Origin: Mobula hypostoma
Lineage: Eukaryota
Assembly: GCF_963921235.1 (NCBI RefSeq)
Contig: NC_086107.1
Location: 114,888,001 to 114,952,000, forward strand
Reading direction: 5' to 3'
Length of the DNA: 64,000 bases
Shown here: positions 53,253 through 64,000 of the stretch, one piece after another
Layout: every line of letters starts with the position of its first letter
Position numbering within the stretch: the stretch's first letter is position 1
Notes under the pieces: model-generated
What the model was told of the DNA's origin: nothing
The model's database searches: none
What the model saw: the letters and a program-made list of their open reading frames with translations, nothing else
Program-made: the position numbers and the translations under genes

Positions 53253-54249
53253 ACTGTCACTGGCATGTGTCATGAAACTTGTTGCTTTGGGGCAATACAT
53301 AGTAATGGAAACTCTGAGTTGCAACGAGAAATATGTATGTAGTTAAATTAAACTAGTCGTGCAAAAAGAACACTGAGGAAGTGTTCTTGCATTTGTCCAT
53401 TCAGAAATGTGATGGTGGGGGGCAGAAACTGTTCCTGAGACGTTAAGTGTGTGTCTCCAGGCCCCTGCAACTCCTCCTTGATGATGTCCGTATGCTTTCC
53501 TACAATCATCTCAAAATTGTGCCTCATATTAGCAATTTCCACCCTGTGAAAAAGTCTTTAGCTGTCCACTCTATTTTTGCCTCTTATCATCTTGTACACC
53601 CCCCCTCAAGTCACCTCTTATCCTCTTTCACTCCAAAAAGAAAAGCCCTCGCTCCCTCAGCCTTTCCTCATAAGACAGGCTGTCTAATCCAGGCGGCATC
53701 CTGTAAATCTCCTCGTCATCCTCCCTGAAGGTCTGCATCCTTTTTATAATGAGGTGACAGAACTGAACACAGTACTCCAGGTGAGTTTTGCCAGAGTTTA
53801 GAACTGCAACATTACAATAGACAATAGGTGCAGGAGTAGGCCATTCGGCCCTTCGAGCCAGCACCGCCATTCACTGTGATCATGGCTGATCATCCACTAT
53901 CAGTATCCAGTTCCTGCCCATCTCCATAACCTTGCGACTCTTGAACTCAATCCCCTGACTAATGAAGGCCAACATGCCATACGCCTTCCTAGCCACCCTG
54001 TCAACTTGCACAGCGACCTTGAGAGATCTGTGCACGTGGACCCCATGATCCCTCTGTTCCTCCACACTGCTAAGAATTCTGCCATTAATCCTGTACGCTG
54101 CCTTCAGATTCAACCTTCCAAAGTGAATACAGGTATCTGCCCAGGAAAGCTTCAGAAGGGCACAGGCCAAAGGGACGAGTTCAGAAAGCTGGGTGAGCAC
54201 GGACAAGTGTGGCCATAGGACAGGGGAACCGGATCTGCCGTGTGTCCTT

Positions 54250-54970
54250 CCTGGGTGTCATTGTACACCAGTCATTGAAAGTGGGCATGGAGGTACAGCA
54301 GGCGGTGAAAAAGGCGAATGGTATGCTGGCATTCATAGCAAGAGGATTGGAGTACAGGAGCAGGGAGGTTCTACTGCAGTTGTACAAGGCCTTGGTGAGA
54401 CCACACCTGGAGTATTGTGTGCAGTTTTGGTCCCCTAATCTGAGGAAAGACATTCTTGCCATAGAGGGAATACAAAGAAGGTTCACCAGATTCATTCCTG
54501 GGACGGCAGGACTTTCATATGATGAAAGACTGGATCGGCTAGGTTTATACTCATTGGAATTTAGAAGATCGAGGGGGGATCTGATTGAAACGTATAAAAT
54601 CCTAAAGGGATTGGACAGGCTAGATGCAGGAAGATTGTTCCCAATGTTGGGGGAGTCCAGAACGAGGGGTCACAGTTTGAGGATAAAGGGGAAGCCTTTT
54701 AGGACCGAGATGAGGAAAAACTTCTTCACACACAGAGTGGTGAATCTGTGGAATTCTCTGCCACAGGAAACAGTTGAGGCCAGTTCATTGGCTATATTTA
54801 AGAGGGAGTTAGATAAGGCCCTTGTGGCTAAAGGGATCGGGGGTATGGAGGGAAGGCTGGTACAGGGTTCTGAGTTGGATGATCAGCCATGATCATACTG
54901 AATGGCGGTGCAGGCTCGAAGGGCCGAATGGCCTACTCTTGCACCTATTTTCTATGTTTCTGTGTTTCTC
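54250..54970 (+). mobile_element. Young CR1 LINE 3' end with open ORF2 tail
   Basis: KANGMLAFIARGLEYRSREVLLQLYKALVRPHLEYCVQFWSP...; 3' tail TTCTATGTTTCTGTGTTTCT. Confidence 0.9.
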
Positions 54971-55824
54971 TCGATCTGCGACTTGCTGTCAAGTGTGTTC
55001 CCACAGGGACCTCGCTCCCCTCCCTCACTCCTGCCTGATAATCCGCCTTTTCTACCCAGCCCCCCACACCCTCCAACTCTGTGAGATCTCCGGGGCGGGG
55101 TGGGGGCTTTGTCAGGAACACCTCCCAGCTTCTGACAGATCCTCCTATACCCTCATCCCATTCCTCACTGGAGTGGAGGGGGGGGGTGGATTGAGAGATA
55201 AGGTTTGGGAAGGGAGGGGATGAGGATCTGAGACGAGGCCTTGAGAGAGAGAGAGAGAGAGGGGAAGGGGAGATGGTGGGGGAGGGGAAAAGGGGTGGGT
55301 GGGAGAGGGGAGAAGGGGTGAGTGGGGAAGGAGGGGATAGAAAGGGGAGGGGGAGAGAGAGAACGGACAAGAGGAAGTGGGGAGGATTGGATGAGAGGCA
55401 GCGAGGAAGCAGAGGAGAGGGGAGAGGAGGAGGGAGGGGGGGTGGGAGGGGAGTGAGAGTAGGGGTGGGAAGGATGGCCGTGGTAAAAGAGTACTGGGTG
55501 GGGTGAGAGGGGAGAGGAGAATTTCTCAAGTATGGAGGGGAGGAATGGCAGAGCTGGAGAGGGGAGAGGCAATGTTTGATAGAGGTGAGTGGAGGGAAGG
55601 GTAGGGAGGGAGTAAAGGGAGTGAGGTGGGAGGGGTGATCTTAGTCTGACAGAGGTAAGAAGGGTAAACCCTCCTCCAGAGGACAGACTTCTCTATCTTG
55701 TACCACCCCGCCCCATCTCCCCCAACTAGGCGACACCTCTGTTTCTCCACCCCATTCGCCACTGACGACGTCTCTGTCTCCCTGCCACCCCAACCAGTGA
55801 CATCTCCGTCTCTGTCTCTTGCAG

Positions 55825-55934
55825 GTGGGGCCGAGGGTTCGGACTGTTGGGCACATTCCTCGGCCAGGACAGCATCCTCAACCAGCCCAACAGTGTGTAT
55901 GGCCTCCTGTTCTACTTACTGCAGGTCCTCCTAA
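55825..55934 (+). CDS. VKORC1: VKORC1 exon 2 (110 bp)
   Basis: [36 protein letters not shown]; polypyrimidine+CAG acceptor, GTGAGT donor. Confidence 0.92.
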
Positions 55935-56008
55935 GTGAGTCAACTCCTTGGCTTTTGACTTGCGAGGTGGTAGGGGCTATGGGCAGGGGATCCAGGGTAG
56001 AACCTATA

Positions 56009-56166
56009 CACCGGTCAGCGTACAGATCTTCCACTGAGAGAGAGGGACTGAGAGACACTGGTCAGTGTACAGATCTCCCACTGAGAGAGAGGGACTGAGA
56101 GACACCGGTCAGTGTACAGATCTCCCGAGAGAGAGGGACTGAGAGACACTGGTCGGTGTACAGATC
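56009..56166. repeat. 47-bp tandem repeat (~3.4 copies) in VKORC1 intron 2
   Basis: CCGGTCAGTGTACAGATCTCCCACTGAGAGAGAGGGACTGAGAGACA at 56011, 56058, 56105, 56149. Confidence 0.9.
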
Positions 56167-56254
56167 ACACCCCTTCCCTCCCCGAAAGAGCGTGGTGGGG
56201 ATGGAGTGGTGAATGTGACACACGCACTCACCTCTGCCTTCCACTTCCCTGCAG

Positions 56255-56478
56255 GTCTGACCGAGAGTGCAGTGGCTGCTGTGGTCCTTCTGCTCACATC
56301 TCTACTCTCGCTGGCCGGCTCCCTCTACCTGGCCTACATCCTGGTCTTTGTTCTGCGTGACTTTTGCCTGGTATGCGTCACCACCTATGTTCTCAACCTG
56401 CTTCTCTTCGCCCTCAACTATCGTCGGCTGATCCGCCTGGATGCCGGCTGGCGGCGGGGCAAGGGCAAATTGGAGTGA
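56255..56478 (+). CDS. VKORC1: VKORC1 exon 3 with CXXC active site
   Basis: [30 protein letters not shown]...GKGKLE*; KxKxx ER-retrieval-like end; total CDS 510 nt = 169 aa + stop. Confidence 0.92.
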
Positions 56479-57092
56479 AGGGGCGGGAGGGGAGGGAATG
56501 GGCTTCTGGACCAAATGTAGTTGCTGGAGCAATTGCAACAGGGCAGCCATTCTGAGGGTGAGAGAGGGAGTGGGGTGACATGGAATTCCCCAGAACGTAC
56601 CAGGTAAATATCCCCCCCCCCACCCAACCACCACCTCATCCTTCCCACCCCTGAACTCACTTCTCATCCCATCTGAATGTGTGGAGGTGTGGAACGGGTG
56701 TTGAGGTGGGTGGGGGAGCGGTTATCGCAAGGTGTTTGGCGGGGTGAGGAGAAAAGTCTGGTGATCTGAAGAGGAGGGAGCCAGTGTGTCCTCCCACCCT
56801 CCGCTCCTCTTCTTACAGCCCCATCCTTCCCCTTCCCTCTCCTCACCTCTTCCTGCTCCTTCCCTCCTCATCCCACCTTCTTCCTTCCCCATTCCCTCTG
56901 CCCCCGGGAGCAGTTTGAGCAGAGTCTGTGGGTTTTGGGCCAGCATTGGCACCGGGGATAGAGGGACCATGAATGCTATGGACGAGACGCTGCCTTAGGA
57001 CTCTTTTTAAAAAATTCTTTTATTATTATACATTTTTCTGTGCCAAACAATCATTGTATATAATTCACAAATCCCCAAATAATTGGCCTGCT

Positions 57093-57098
57093 AATAAA
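57093..57098 (+). terminator. Probable VKORC1 polyadenylation signal AATAAA
   Basis: AATAAA ~615 nt after the stop, in an AT-rich tract followed by GT/T-rich sequence. Confidence 0.55.
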
Positions 57099-58329
57099 AA
57101 TGTACATTTATAAAGAACGCTTCTCTGCCGTGTTGCATTTTCCTGCCCTGGCAAAGATTCAGGAAGGCTCTGCACTTCCCTCTACCCATCCCTTGGGTGT
57201 GCCATGGCCCAGCCTCCCGTCCGGTGATGGGCATGGATTCCTCCGACCATCCCGTAGGGGATGTTGCAGACTGAACCGTAGGGGGCATTGAAGCCCAAAT
57301 CTCTTGCCCCTTGGTGGGTGTGGGTTCTGCACTTCCTTCCTCTCATCCTGTAGGTACCAGTCATCGTAACCACAGCGCTACTTTGTGGCCGGAGGTCAGG
57401 GCTGCAATGTGATTGTTGACATACGAAATTTTGACAGGGCAAGAGGGACTTGGGTGCTGGTGAGAGGAGCTAGACGTTTCTCAGCCCTGAGGAGATTTCC
57501 TTAAGGGGGAAGAAGGCAGAGGTAGCCCCAAGTTCCACTGAGAAGGTGTCATGAATACTTCTTCCAGCCTACGTCTGGAATTTTTGGGTTGCAAGCCCCA
57601 GTCTGGGGCTCTCGTCCAAAAAGGTGGCCGAGTAGCGAGTCCTTCTTTGCCAGTATCTTGCAGAACGGGAAGCTTCAGAGCAGGTCAGGGGATGTGGGGT
57701 AACTTGCAAGCAGATTGCAGAGTGGTAGAGGGGTTCTTGGAACAAGGAGGGTGGGGTGTAAAAGAATGGGCTGTCCTCTTTAGGAGGTTTGGAGACTGAG
57801 GAATACAAAGGACCTGTGGACCAAGAAAGATCTAGAAAGGGACGGGAGGAGTGAGGGAAGCTTTAAAGAGAATTTGGTGAGAGAGAGAGAGAGAGAGAGA
57901 GGCATCTAAAGAGGATTTGGGAGCAGGAAGGAATTTTAAGAGGATTTAGAAAGTGTGTCTTTACATTGGGATGGAGGGCAAGAGATACTGCAAAAAGGGA
58001 TTTAGAGAAGAAGAGTGGATTTAAAGGGGGATTTAAAGAGAGAGAAACATTTTCATAGTAGAAGCAAAGTAGTTTTAAAAGGTTTAGAACAGAGATGAGG
58101 AGGAATTTCTTTACCCAGAGGGTAGACAACCTGTGGAATTCATTGTCATATTTGGCTGTAGATGCCAAGTCATTTGGATATATTTAAAGTAGATGTTGAT
58201 AAGTTCTTAATTAGTAAGGGTGTCAGAGGTTACTGACAGAAGGCAGGAGAATGTGGTTGAGAGGAATAATGAATCAGCCACGATCAAATGGTGGAGCAGA
58301 CTCGATGGGCCAAATGGCTTAATTCTGCT

Positions 58330-59455
58330 GGCTAAGAATGCCATCCCCTTCTCTCAATTCCATTGTCTCCGCTGCATTTCCTGTCAGGATGAGGCTTTTC
58401 ATTCTAAAACTAAGGAGATGTCCGTCTCCTTCAAAAAAAGGGAATTCCCTCCCTCCACCATCCACGGTGCTCTCACATGCATCTCTTCCATTTCACACAC
58501 ATCTGGTCTTACCCATCCTCCTGCCACCCCACCAAGGAGAGGGTTCCTCTTGTCCGCACCTGCCACCCCACCAGCCTCTGCGTCCAGCACATCATTTTCC
58601 CTAACTTCTGCCATCTCCAACGGGATCCCAACACCAAGCACATCTGCTCCTCCCCCTCCTCTGCTTTTCACAGGGATCGCTCCCTACACAACCCCCTTGT
58701 CCATTTGCCTCTCCCCACTGATCTCCCTCCTGGCACTTATCCTTGCAAGCTGAACAAGTGCTACACCTGCCCCTCACATCCTCCCTCACTACCATTCAGG
58801 CCCCCAAACATTCCGTTCAAGTGAGGCGACACTTCCCCTGTGAGTCTGTTGGGGATCATATACTGTGTCCGGTGCTCCCGGTGTGACCTCCTGTGTATCA
58901 GTGAGACCCAACGTAGATTGAGCTGAGCACCTACACTGCATTCGCCAGGAAAAGTGGGATCTCCCAGTGGCCACACACTTTAATTCTACTTCCTATTCCC
59001 ATTCGGACATGTCCATCCATGTCCATCCTCTACTGTCGCGATGAGGCCACACTCTGGTTGGAGGAGCAACACCTCTGGGTAACCTCTAACCTGATGGCAC
59101 AAGCATCGATTTCATGAACTTCCAGTACTGCTTCTGCCCTTCAACATTCCTCTTTCCCTCTCTCACCTTTTATCCTGTCTTATCGGATTGCATTTCTCCA
59201 CCCCTGTATCTCTTTCACCAATCAAGTTCCCAGCTCTTTACTTCACTCCTCCACCTCTCCCAGTTTCCACCTCGTAATTCTTCCTCCCCTCCGCCAACCT
59301 TCTTGCTCCGACTTCTCATCTTTTTTCTCCAGTCCAGATGAAGGGTCTCGGCCTGAAACCCCCACTATTTCCCATAGATGCTGCCTGGCCTGCTGAGTTC
59401 CTCCAGCATTCCGTGTGTGTTGCTTTGCATTTCCAGCATCTGCAGATTTTCCCCT
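58330..59455 (+). mobile_element. Penelope-like element 3' portion (RT C-terminus, GIY-YIG, terminus)
   Basis: KNAIPFSQF..LR.I...DEAFH, CESVGIIYCVRCSRC.LL..SET; degenerate hammerhead at ~59330. Confidence 0.82.
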
Positions 59456-60049
59456 GTTAGTAATTCTGCTCCAGTGTTGTTGGTCCTGGGTTCAGGGTGT
59501 TACTGGTTTTAAAGGACAATTCAGGGAATTAGAGGTTTTAACTGGGCATTCAGAGAATGAGAGAGATTTGAGTTTCAAAAGCAAGGGTGATTTGAAAGTG
59601 GTTTTGGGTGAGAGTGAGGTTTACAGAGCGAGAGATTTTCATAGAGAATGCATGAGTGTTTTAAAAGGAGACGTCATGAATAGGAGATTTTAATAAAGAA
59701 ATGATACCTTTCGAAATGGGTTTTCAGATTGAGTAGTTTTAAAAGGGGATTTAGAAAGTGAAGTGATTTATGAGAAGGATGTAAGGGAGTGGGGTGGGAG
59801 GGGTGAATTGGTATGAGGGGTGTGGGGAGGGGGGAAATCCCTCGCGACCCTCCGGGGACTGGAGCCCTGCCCACAAGCGGGAGGTGGGAAGAGGCAGTGA
59901 GGTCGATTGGGTGGCTGGCTGTGCATGGGGAGCAAGGGTGAACAGCCTGATCCCAGGACTTTCTATGTGAGCGGGTGGGGTTGGGGGTAGAGACATGGGT
60001 GTTCGGGGTGGGGGGGGTAAGTCGCCCGGACCCCTCAACTCCTGGCTCT

Positions 60050-60151
60050 TCACCCCTGGGGGGCCCCGGGCTCGGCTGGACCTCCACCGCCCGCCCCGTC
60101 CTCCGCGGCCGCCTCCAGCTTCTCCTTGAGATCTCTGCGGAAGAAGCCGAC
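60050..60151 (-). CDS. Integrin alpha cytoplasmic-tail exon
   Basis: VGFFRRDLKEKLEAAAEDGAGGGGPAEPGAPQG*; GFF[KR]R motif; possible ATTAAA signal at ~59690 on minus. Confidence 0.88.
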   Translation of the reverse strand, partial: VGFFRRDLKEKLEAAAEDGAGGGGPAEPGAPQG

Positions 60152-60474
60152 CTGGGGGTGGTGGACAGAGAAGGTTAGGATTCATTCCGGCCTCTGGGCA
60201 AGCCGCTACCAAGGAACGGGAAAACTCCCCCTGTAGTTCCGCCCTCCCAGAGCTGTGCTGCGAACTCCACCCGCTGTCACCTTCTGTTGGATACCGGTGA
60301 TGATGAGCAGCAGGATGTTTGACCCCATGGTCTTCGCTGTGGTCCCGCTTCCCTTAGGGCCTGACCGATCAGGCGGACCCTTGTATTGGATGCCAGTGGT
60401 GACGAGCCCACCCATTGAGCCCCCCCACTTCCAAAGCTAACCAATCGCATGCCACCAACTCTGCCCACTCTCAC

Positions 60475-60585
60475 CTTGTATAGAATGCCAGCGGTGATGA
60501 GCAGCAGGACCAGCCCGCCCACCGAGCTTCCCACGATCAGGGGCAACAGGTTGACCTTCTCCGTGATCTCCACCCTGGTAGTGAT
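60475..60585 (-). CDS. Integrin alpha transmembrane exon (ITGAM/ITGAX/ITGAD/ITGAL group)
   Basis: ITTRVEITEKVNLLPLIVGSSVGGLVLLLITAGILYK; PLIVGSSVGGL is typical of CD11b/c; 111 bp. Confidence 0.9.
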
Positions 60586-60740
60586 CTGTTCGGATGACAG
60601 CAAGAGTCTGTATCAGTGGGGTGGCTCTGGCTGGAAGCCCACCCACCCCTTTGTAAATGACCTGTGCCCCTCCTTCCCATGTACCCCTCTATTTTGTCTC
60701 ATCTCCTCAATCCCCTCCCTCCGTCTGTCCCGTGCCTCAC

Positions 60741-60845
60741 CGATGCAGTCTTGAAGCGAGTTGTGGCCTGCGAGACGTGAATATATTTGCTTTCGTCGTA
60801 ACTGACCATGGCGAAACTGACCATTCTGATCTCCTGTGGTTTAAC
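60741..60845 (-). CDS. Integrin alpha (CD11-like) membrane-proximal exon
   Basis: VKPQEIRMVSFAMVSYDESKYIHVSQATTRFKTAS; CAG acceptor, GTGAGG donor; 105 bp, phase 0-0. Confidence 0.82.
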
Positions 60846-60869
60846 CTGTTGTGGAGTGAACAAGAGAGT

Positions 60870-62635
60870 CGAGGATTCGAGGATGAGCCAGCAGGTTTAC
60901 AAGGGTAACATGAATGTAAGTGAGGACAAGCCAATGATTGGGCACAAATGCGGACAGAGCAAAGAGTTAAACTGTACCACAGAGGCAAAAATCAAAAGGG
61001 CAAAGGATGCAGGACTGAAGGTGCTGTATTTAAATACACATAGCTTTCGGAATAAGGTGGACAAACTTGTGGTGCAATTAGAGATGGGTTGGTATGATGT
61101 GGACATCACTGAGTTGTGGCTGAAAGAAGGCCATAGTTGGGAGCTTAACATCAAAGGATGTACTTTCTATTGAAAGGACAGACAGGAAGGCTTTAGGTGG
61201 TAGTGTGTAAGGGATGGAAATACATATTTAGAGGGAGGTGACATAGGGTCAGAGAATGTTGAATCTTTGTGGGTGGAGTTAAAAAACTGAAAGTTTAAAA
61301 TAAAAACATTGTGGGAATCATATATAGGCCTCCAAGTAGTAGCCAAGATGTGAGGTTGAGATTGGAAAGGGAGCTGGAAAAGGCATTTAATAAAGGTAAT
61401 GACGCAATTATAATACGCAAGAGGATTGGGAAAATCAGGTTGATGTCGGGTCGCCAGAGAGGGAGTTTGTTGAATGGCTACGAATGGATTTTGCCTGAGC
61501 CTACTCGGGGAAAGGTTATCTTAGATTGGGAGCTTAATGTAAAGGAACCTTTAGAAGGCAGTGATTGTAATATGATTGAATTCATACTGTGAGAGGGAGA
61601 AACATAACTCGCATGTATCAGGATCACGATGGAATAAAGGGAATTACAGAGGCATGAGAGAGGAGCTTGCCCAGGTGGGTTGGAGGGGGATACTGGTGGG
61701 GTGACAGCAGAGCAGAGGTGGCTGGAGTTTCTGGGAAAAGTTCACAAGGTGCAGGATAGATATGTCCCACAGAGGAAGAGGTTCTCAAATGGCAGGGGTA
61801 GGCAACCGTGGCTAACAAGGGAAGTTAAGGATTGCATAAAAGCCAAGGAAAAGGCATACAAGGTAGCAAAAGTGAGTGGGATGTTGGATGTTTGGGAAGT
61901 TTTTAAAATTCAACAAGAGACAACTAAAAAAAAAGCTTTAAGAAGTGAAAAGATGAACCATGACAGCGGATTACCCAATAATATAAAGCAGAATACAAAA
62001 GGTTTTATTAGTTATATTTAGAATAAAAGGGAGGGGAGGGTTGATATTGGACCACCGGAAAATGATGCTGGTGAGGTAGTAATGGGAGACAAAGAAATGG
62101 CAGATGAACTTAAAAGTACTTCGCAGTAGTCTTCACTGTGAAAGACACTAGCAGTGTGCCAGAGGTCTGAGAGTGTCAGGGAGCAGGAGTGAGTGCCATT
62201 GCTATTACAAAGGAAAAAGACCTAGGCAAACTCAAATGTCTTAAGGTGGATAAATCACCTGGACCAGATGGACTACATCCCAGAGTCTTGAGCATGATTG
62301 CTGAAGAGATAACAGATGCATTGGCCATGTGTTGTCATTGGAGAGAGAGGTTCTTGAGGATGATTCCAAAAATGAAGGGTTAACAGATGAGGAGTGTTTG
62401 GCAGCTTTGGGCCTGTACTCACTGGAATTTAGAAGGTGTGGGGATCTCATTGAAACCTACAGAATATTAAAAGGATTGGATAGGGTGGATGTGGACAGGA
62501 TGTTTCTTATGGTGGAGGGTATTCAGAGCTGGATGACACAGCCTAAAAATTGAGGGGGTGGGGCATGTTATGGAACAGAGGTAAGGAGGAATTTTTTCAG
62601 CCGAAGAGTGGTGAATCTGTGGAATGCTCTGCCAG
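60870..62635 (+). mobile_element. Decayed CR1 ORF2 in an integrin intron
   Basis: LKVLYLN, ITELWL, IIYRPP, KSPGPDGLHPRVL, LGLYSLEFRR remnants. Confidence 0.85.
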
Positions 62636-62816
62636 AGCTGCTCCCTCTCCATCCTCCTCCCACTGCGTGCCCTCCCTTCTGCCAGCCCACCTCCTCCCTG
62701 CCGAGCGGCATCCTCTTCAGTACTTCCCTCCCGCGGAGCTCCCCCTCTTCTTGCTGTTCCTCCCACCCTGCCCCTCCCGCGGAGCTCCCGCCCCATTGCA
62801 GTGCTCTCTTCCTCAC

Positions 62817-62930
62817 CTTTGCGGGGTTTTCCCAGGTGATGTTGCCGGTGATGTTGAAGACGGGATGCTCTTTGTATCTCAGTAGTTGGATGGTGCAGAG
62901 GAATAAGTCACAAACAGTTTTATTGCATTT
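62817..62930 (-). CDS. Integrin alpha (CD11-like) calf-2 exon
   Basis: KCNKTVCDLFLCTIQLLRYKEHPVFNITGNITWENPAK; C-x4-C-x4-C...GN pattern of integrin alpha calf-2; 114 bp, phase 0-0. Confidence 0.85.
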
Positions 62931-63696
62931 CTGAGGGCGAGGGGATGGAAAGAAGAAGAAAAGTAAGAAGAGAGGAAATGGGAATGAGGACAATTTACAA
63001 TGACCAATTAACCTACTAACTGCTATGTCTTTGGACTGTGGGAGGAAACCAGAGCATCTGGAGGAAACCCGTACAAACTCCTTACAGGCAGCGACGGGAG
63101 TTGAACCCAAGTGGCTGGTACTGTGAATCGCTGTGCCAACCCCTATGATACCATGCATTACTGACGCATTGTGAAATTTGTTGTTTCACTACAATTCGCA
63201 AGTTTTAGAAGTATGTAGTTAGCGCAGAAGGGGAATAGCGAGGTACTGTTCACGGGTTCTTGGGTTGTTCAGAAATCTGATGGTAGATGGCAAGATGCTA
63301 TTCCTCATATGTACAGTGATGGAATGGGAGGGTGAGAGGTTGGGAAAGAGGGAGAGGAGAGAGGTGGGGTATGGAGGGTTGGGGAGAGGGGTAATAGAAG
63401 TGGGAAAATGAGGATAGAGCAAGGTGAGAGAGATAGGCAAGGAGGCAAGGAAGGGGATGCGAGTGGTGATGGGGAGACTCTGATTGTTTCCTGTACAGTG
63501 TAGGGGAAGAGAAGGTGATGGAGTTAGAGAGAGAAAGGTGGGAGTCATGCATTTGAAAGTTAGGAATGGAGGGATGATGAGGGAGGAGAGAGATGTGGTG
63601 CGAGGGAGGGAGAGACAAAGGGAGGAGTGGTAGAGGAAAGGAAGGAGAGAAGAGACTGGGGGTGAGGTGGGGGGAGGGGTGAGGAGGGAGTGGGGG

Positions 63697-63739
<43 letters not shown>

Positions 63740-63778
63740 AGGGAGGAAGAGAGAAGGGTTCAGTGATGTACTTCGTAC

Positions 63779-63841
63779 CTGTCCAATCCTCTGTGTCTTG
63801 TCTGGTGTCCAGTCTAGCTGTTGGCAAGGTTTGACTCCATG
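63779..63841 (-). CDS. Integrin alpha (CD11-like) calf-2 exon; gene continues beyond window
   Basis: CAG|HGVKPCQQLDWTPDKTQRIGQ|GTACGA; 63 bp, phase 0-0, fits the next exon. Confidence 0.65.
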
Positions 63842-64000
63842 CTGGGGGACAGGGGAGAGGATGTGAATGCACTTTAATGCCTTTCCCTCCCCACTCTTAC
63901 ACACACACACACGCGTGCACACACACACACACAAACTCTAGGCCTCTCCCATCCATCCCTCTCCCACACTGCCAGTGTAGGTCCTTCTCCCTCTCCCAGT

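Noticed and set aside
54209..54892. 227-aa ORF as a host gene
   Set aside because: It is the CR1 ORF2 C-terminus with a LINE tail

Overview
This is eukaryotic vertebrate genomic DNA. The repeat families suggest a cartilaginous fish, possibly a ray (inference). It holds three spliced host genes. (1) A complete MAPK7/ERK5 on the minus strand: 6 coding exons, 18539->2993, 923 aa, with a probable promoter and 5' non-coding exon near 27 kb. (2) A complete 3-exon VKORC1-family gene on the plus strand (46007->56478, 169 aa). (3) The last five exons of a CD11-type (ITGAM/X/D/L-like) integrin alpha gene on the minus strand. All coding-exon boundaries were checked by hand for GT/AG and phase. The rest is mostly repeats. 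A ~100-unit 52-bp minisatellite fills the last MAPK7 intron and carries a Tx1-clade retrotransposon with a 9-bp TSD. There is a two-monomer 16-bp minisatellite with higher-order blocks. Two Gmr1-like LTR retroelements keep Gag but share the same integrase/RT deletions. Penelope-like elements carry minimal hammerhead ribozyme motifs. There are also tRNA-derived SINEs and many CR1 and Rex/L2-like LINE fragments. No prokaryotic systems or CRISPR arrays are present. TE family names come from recalled motifs, not database searches, and most LINE fragment boundaries are approximate.
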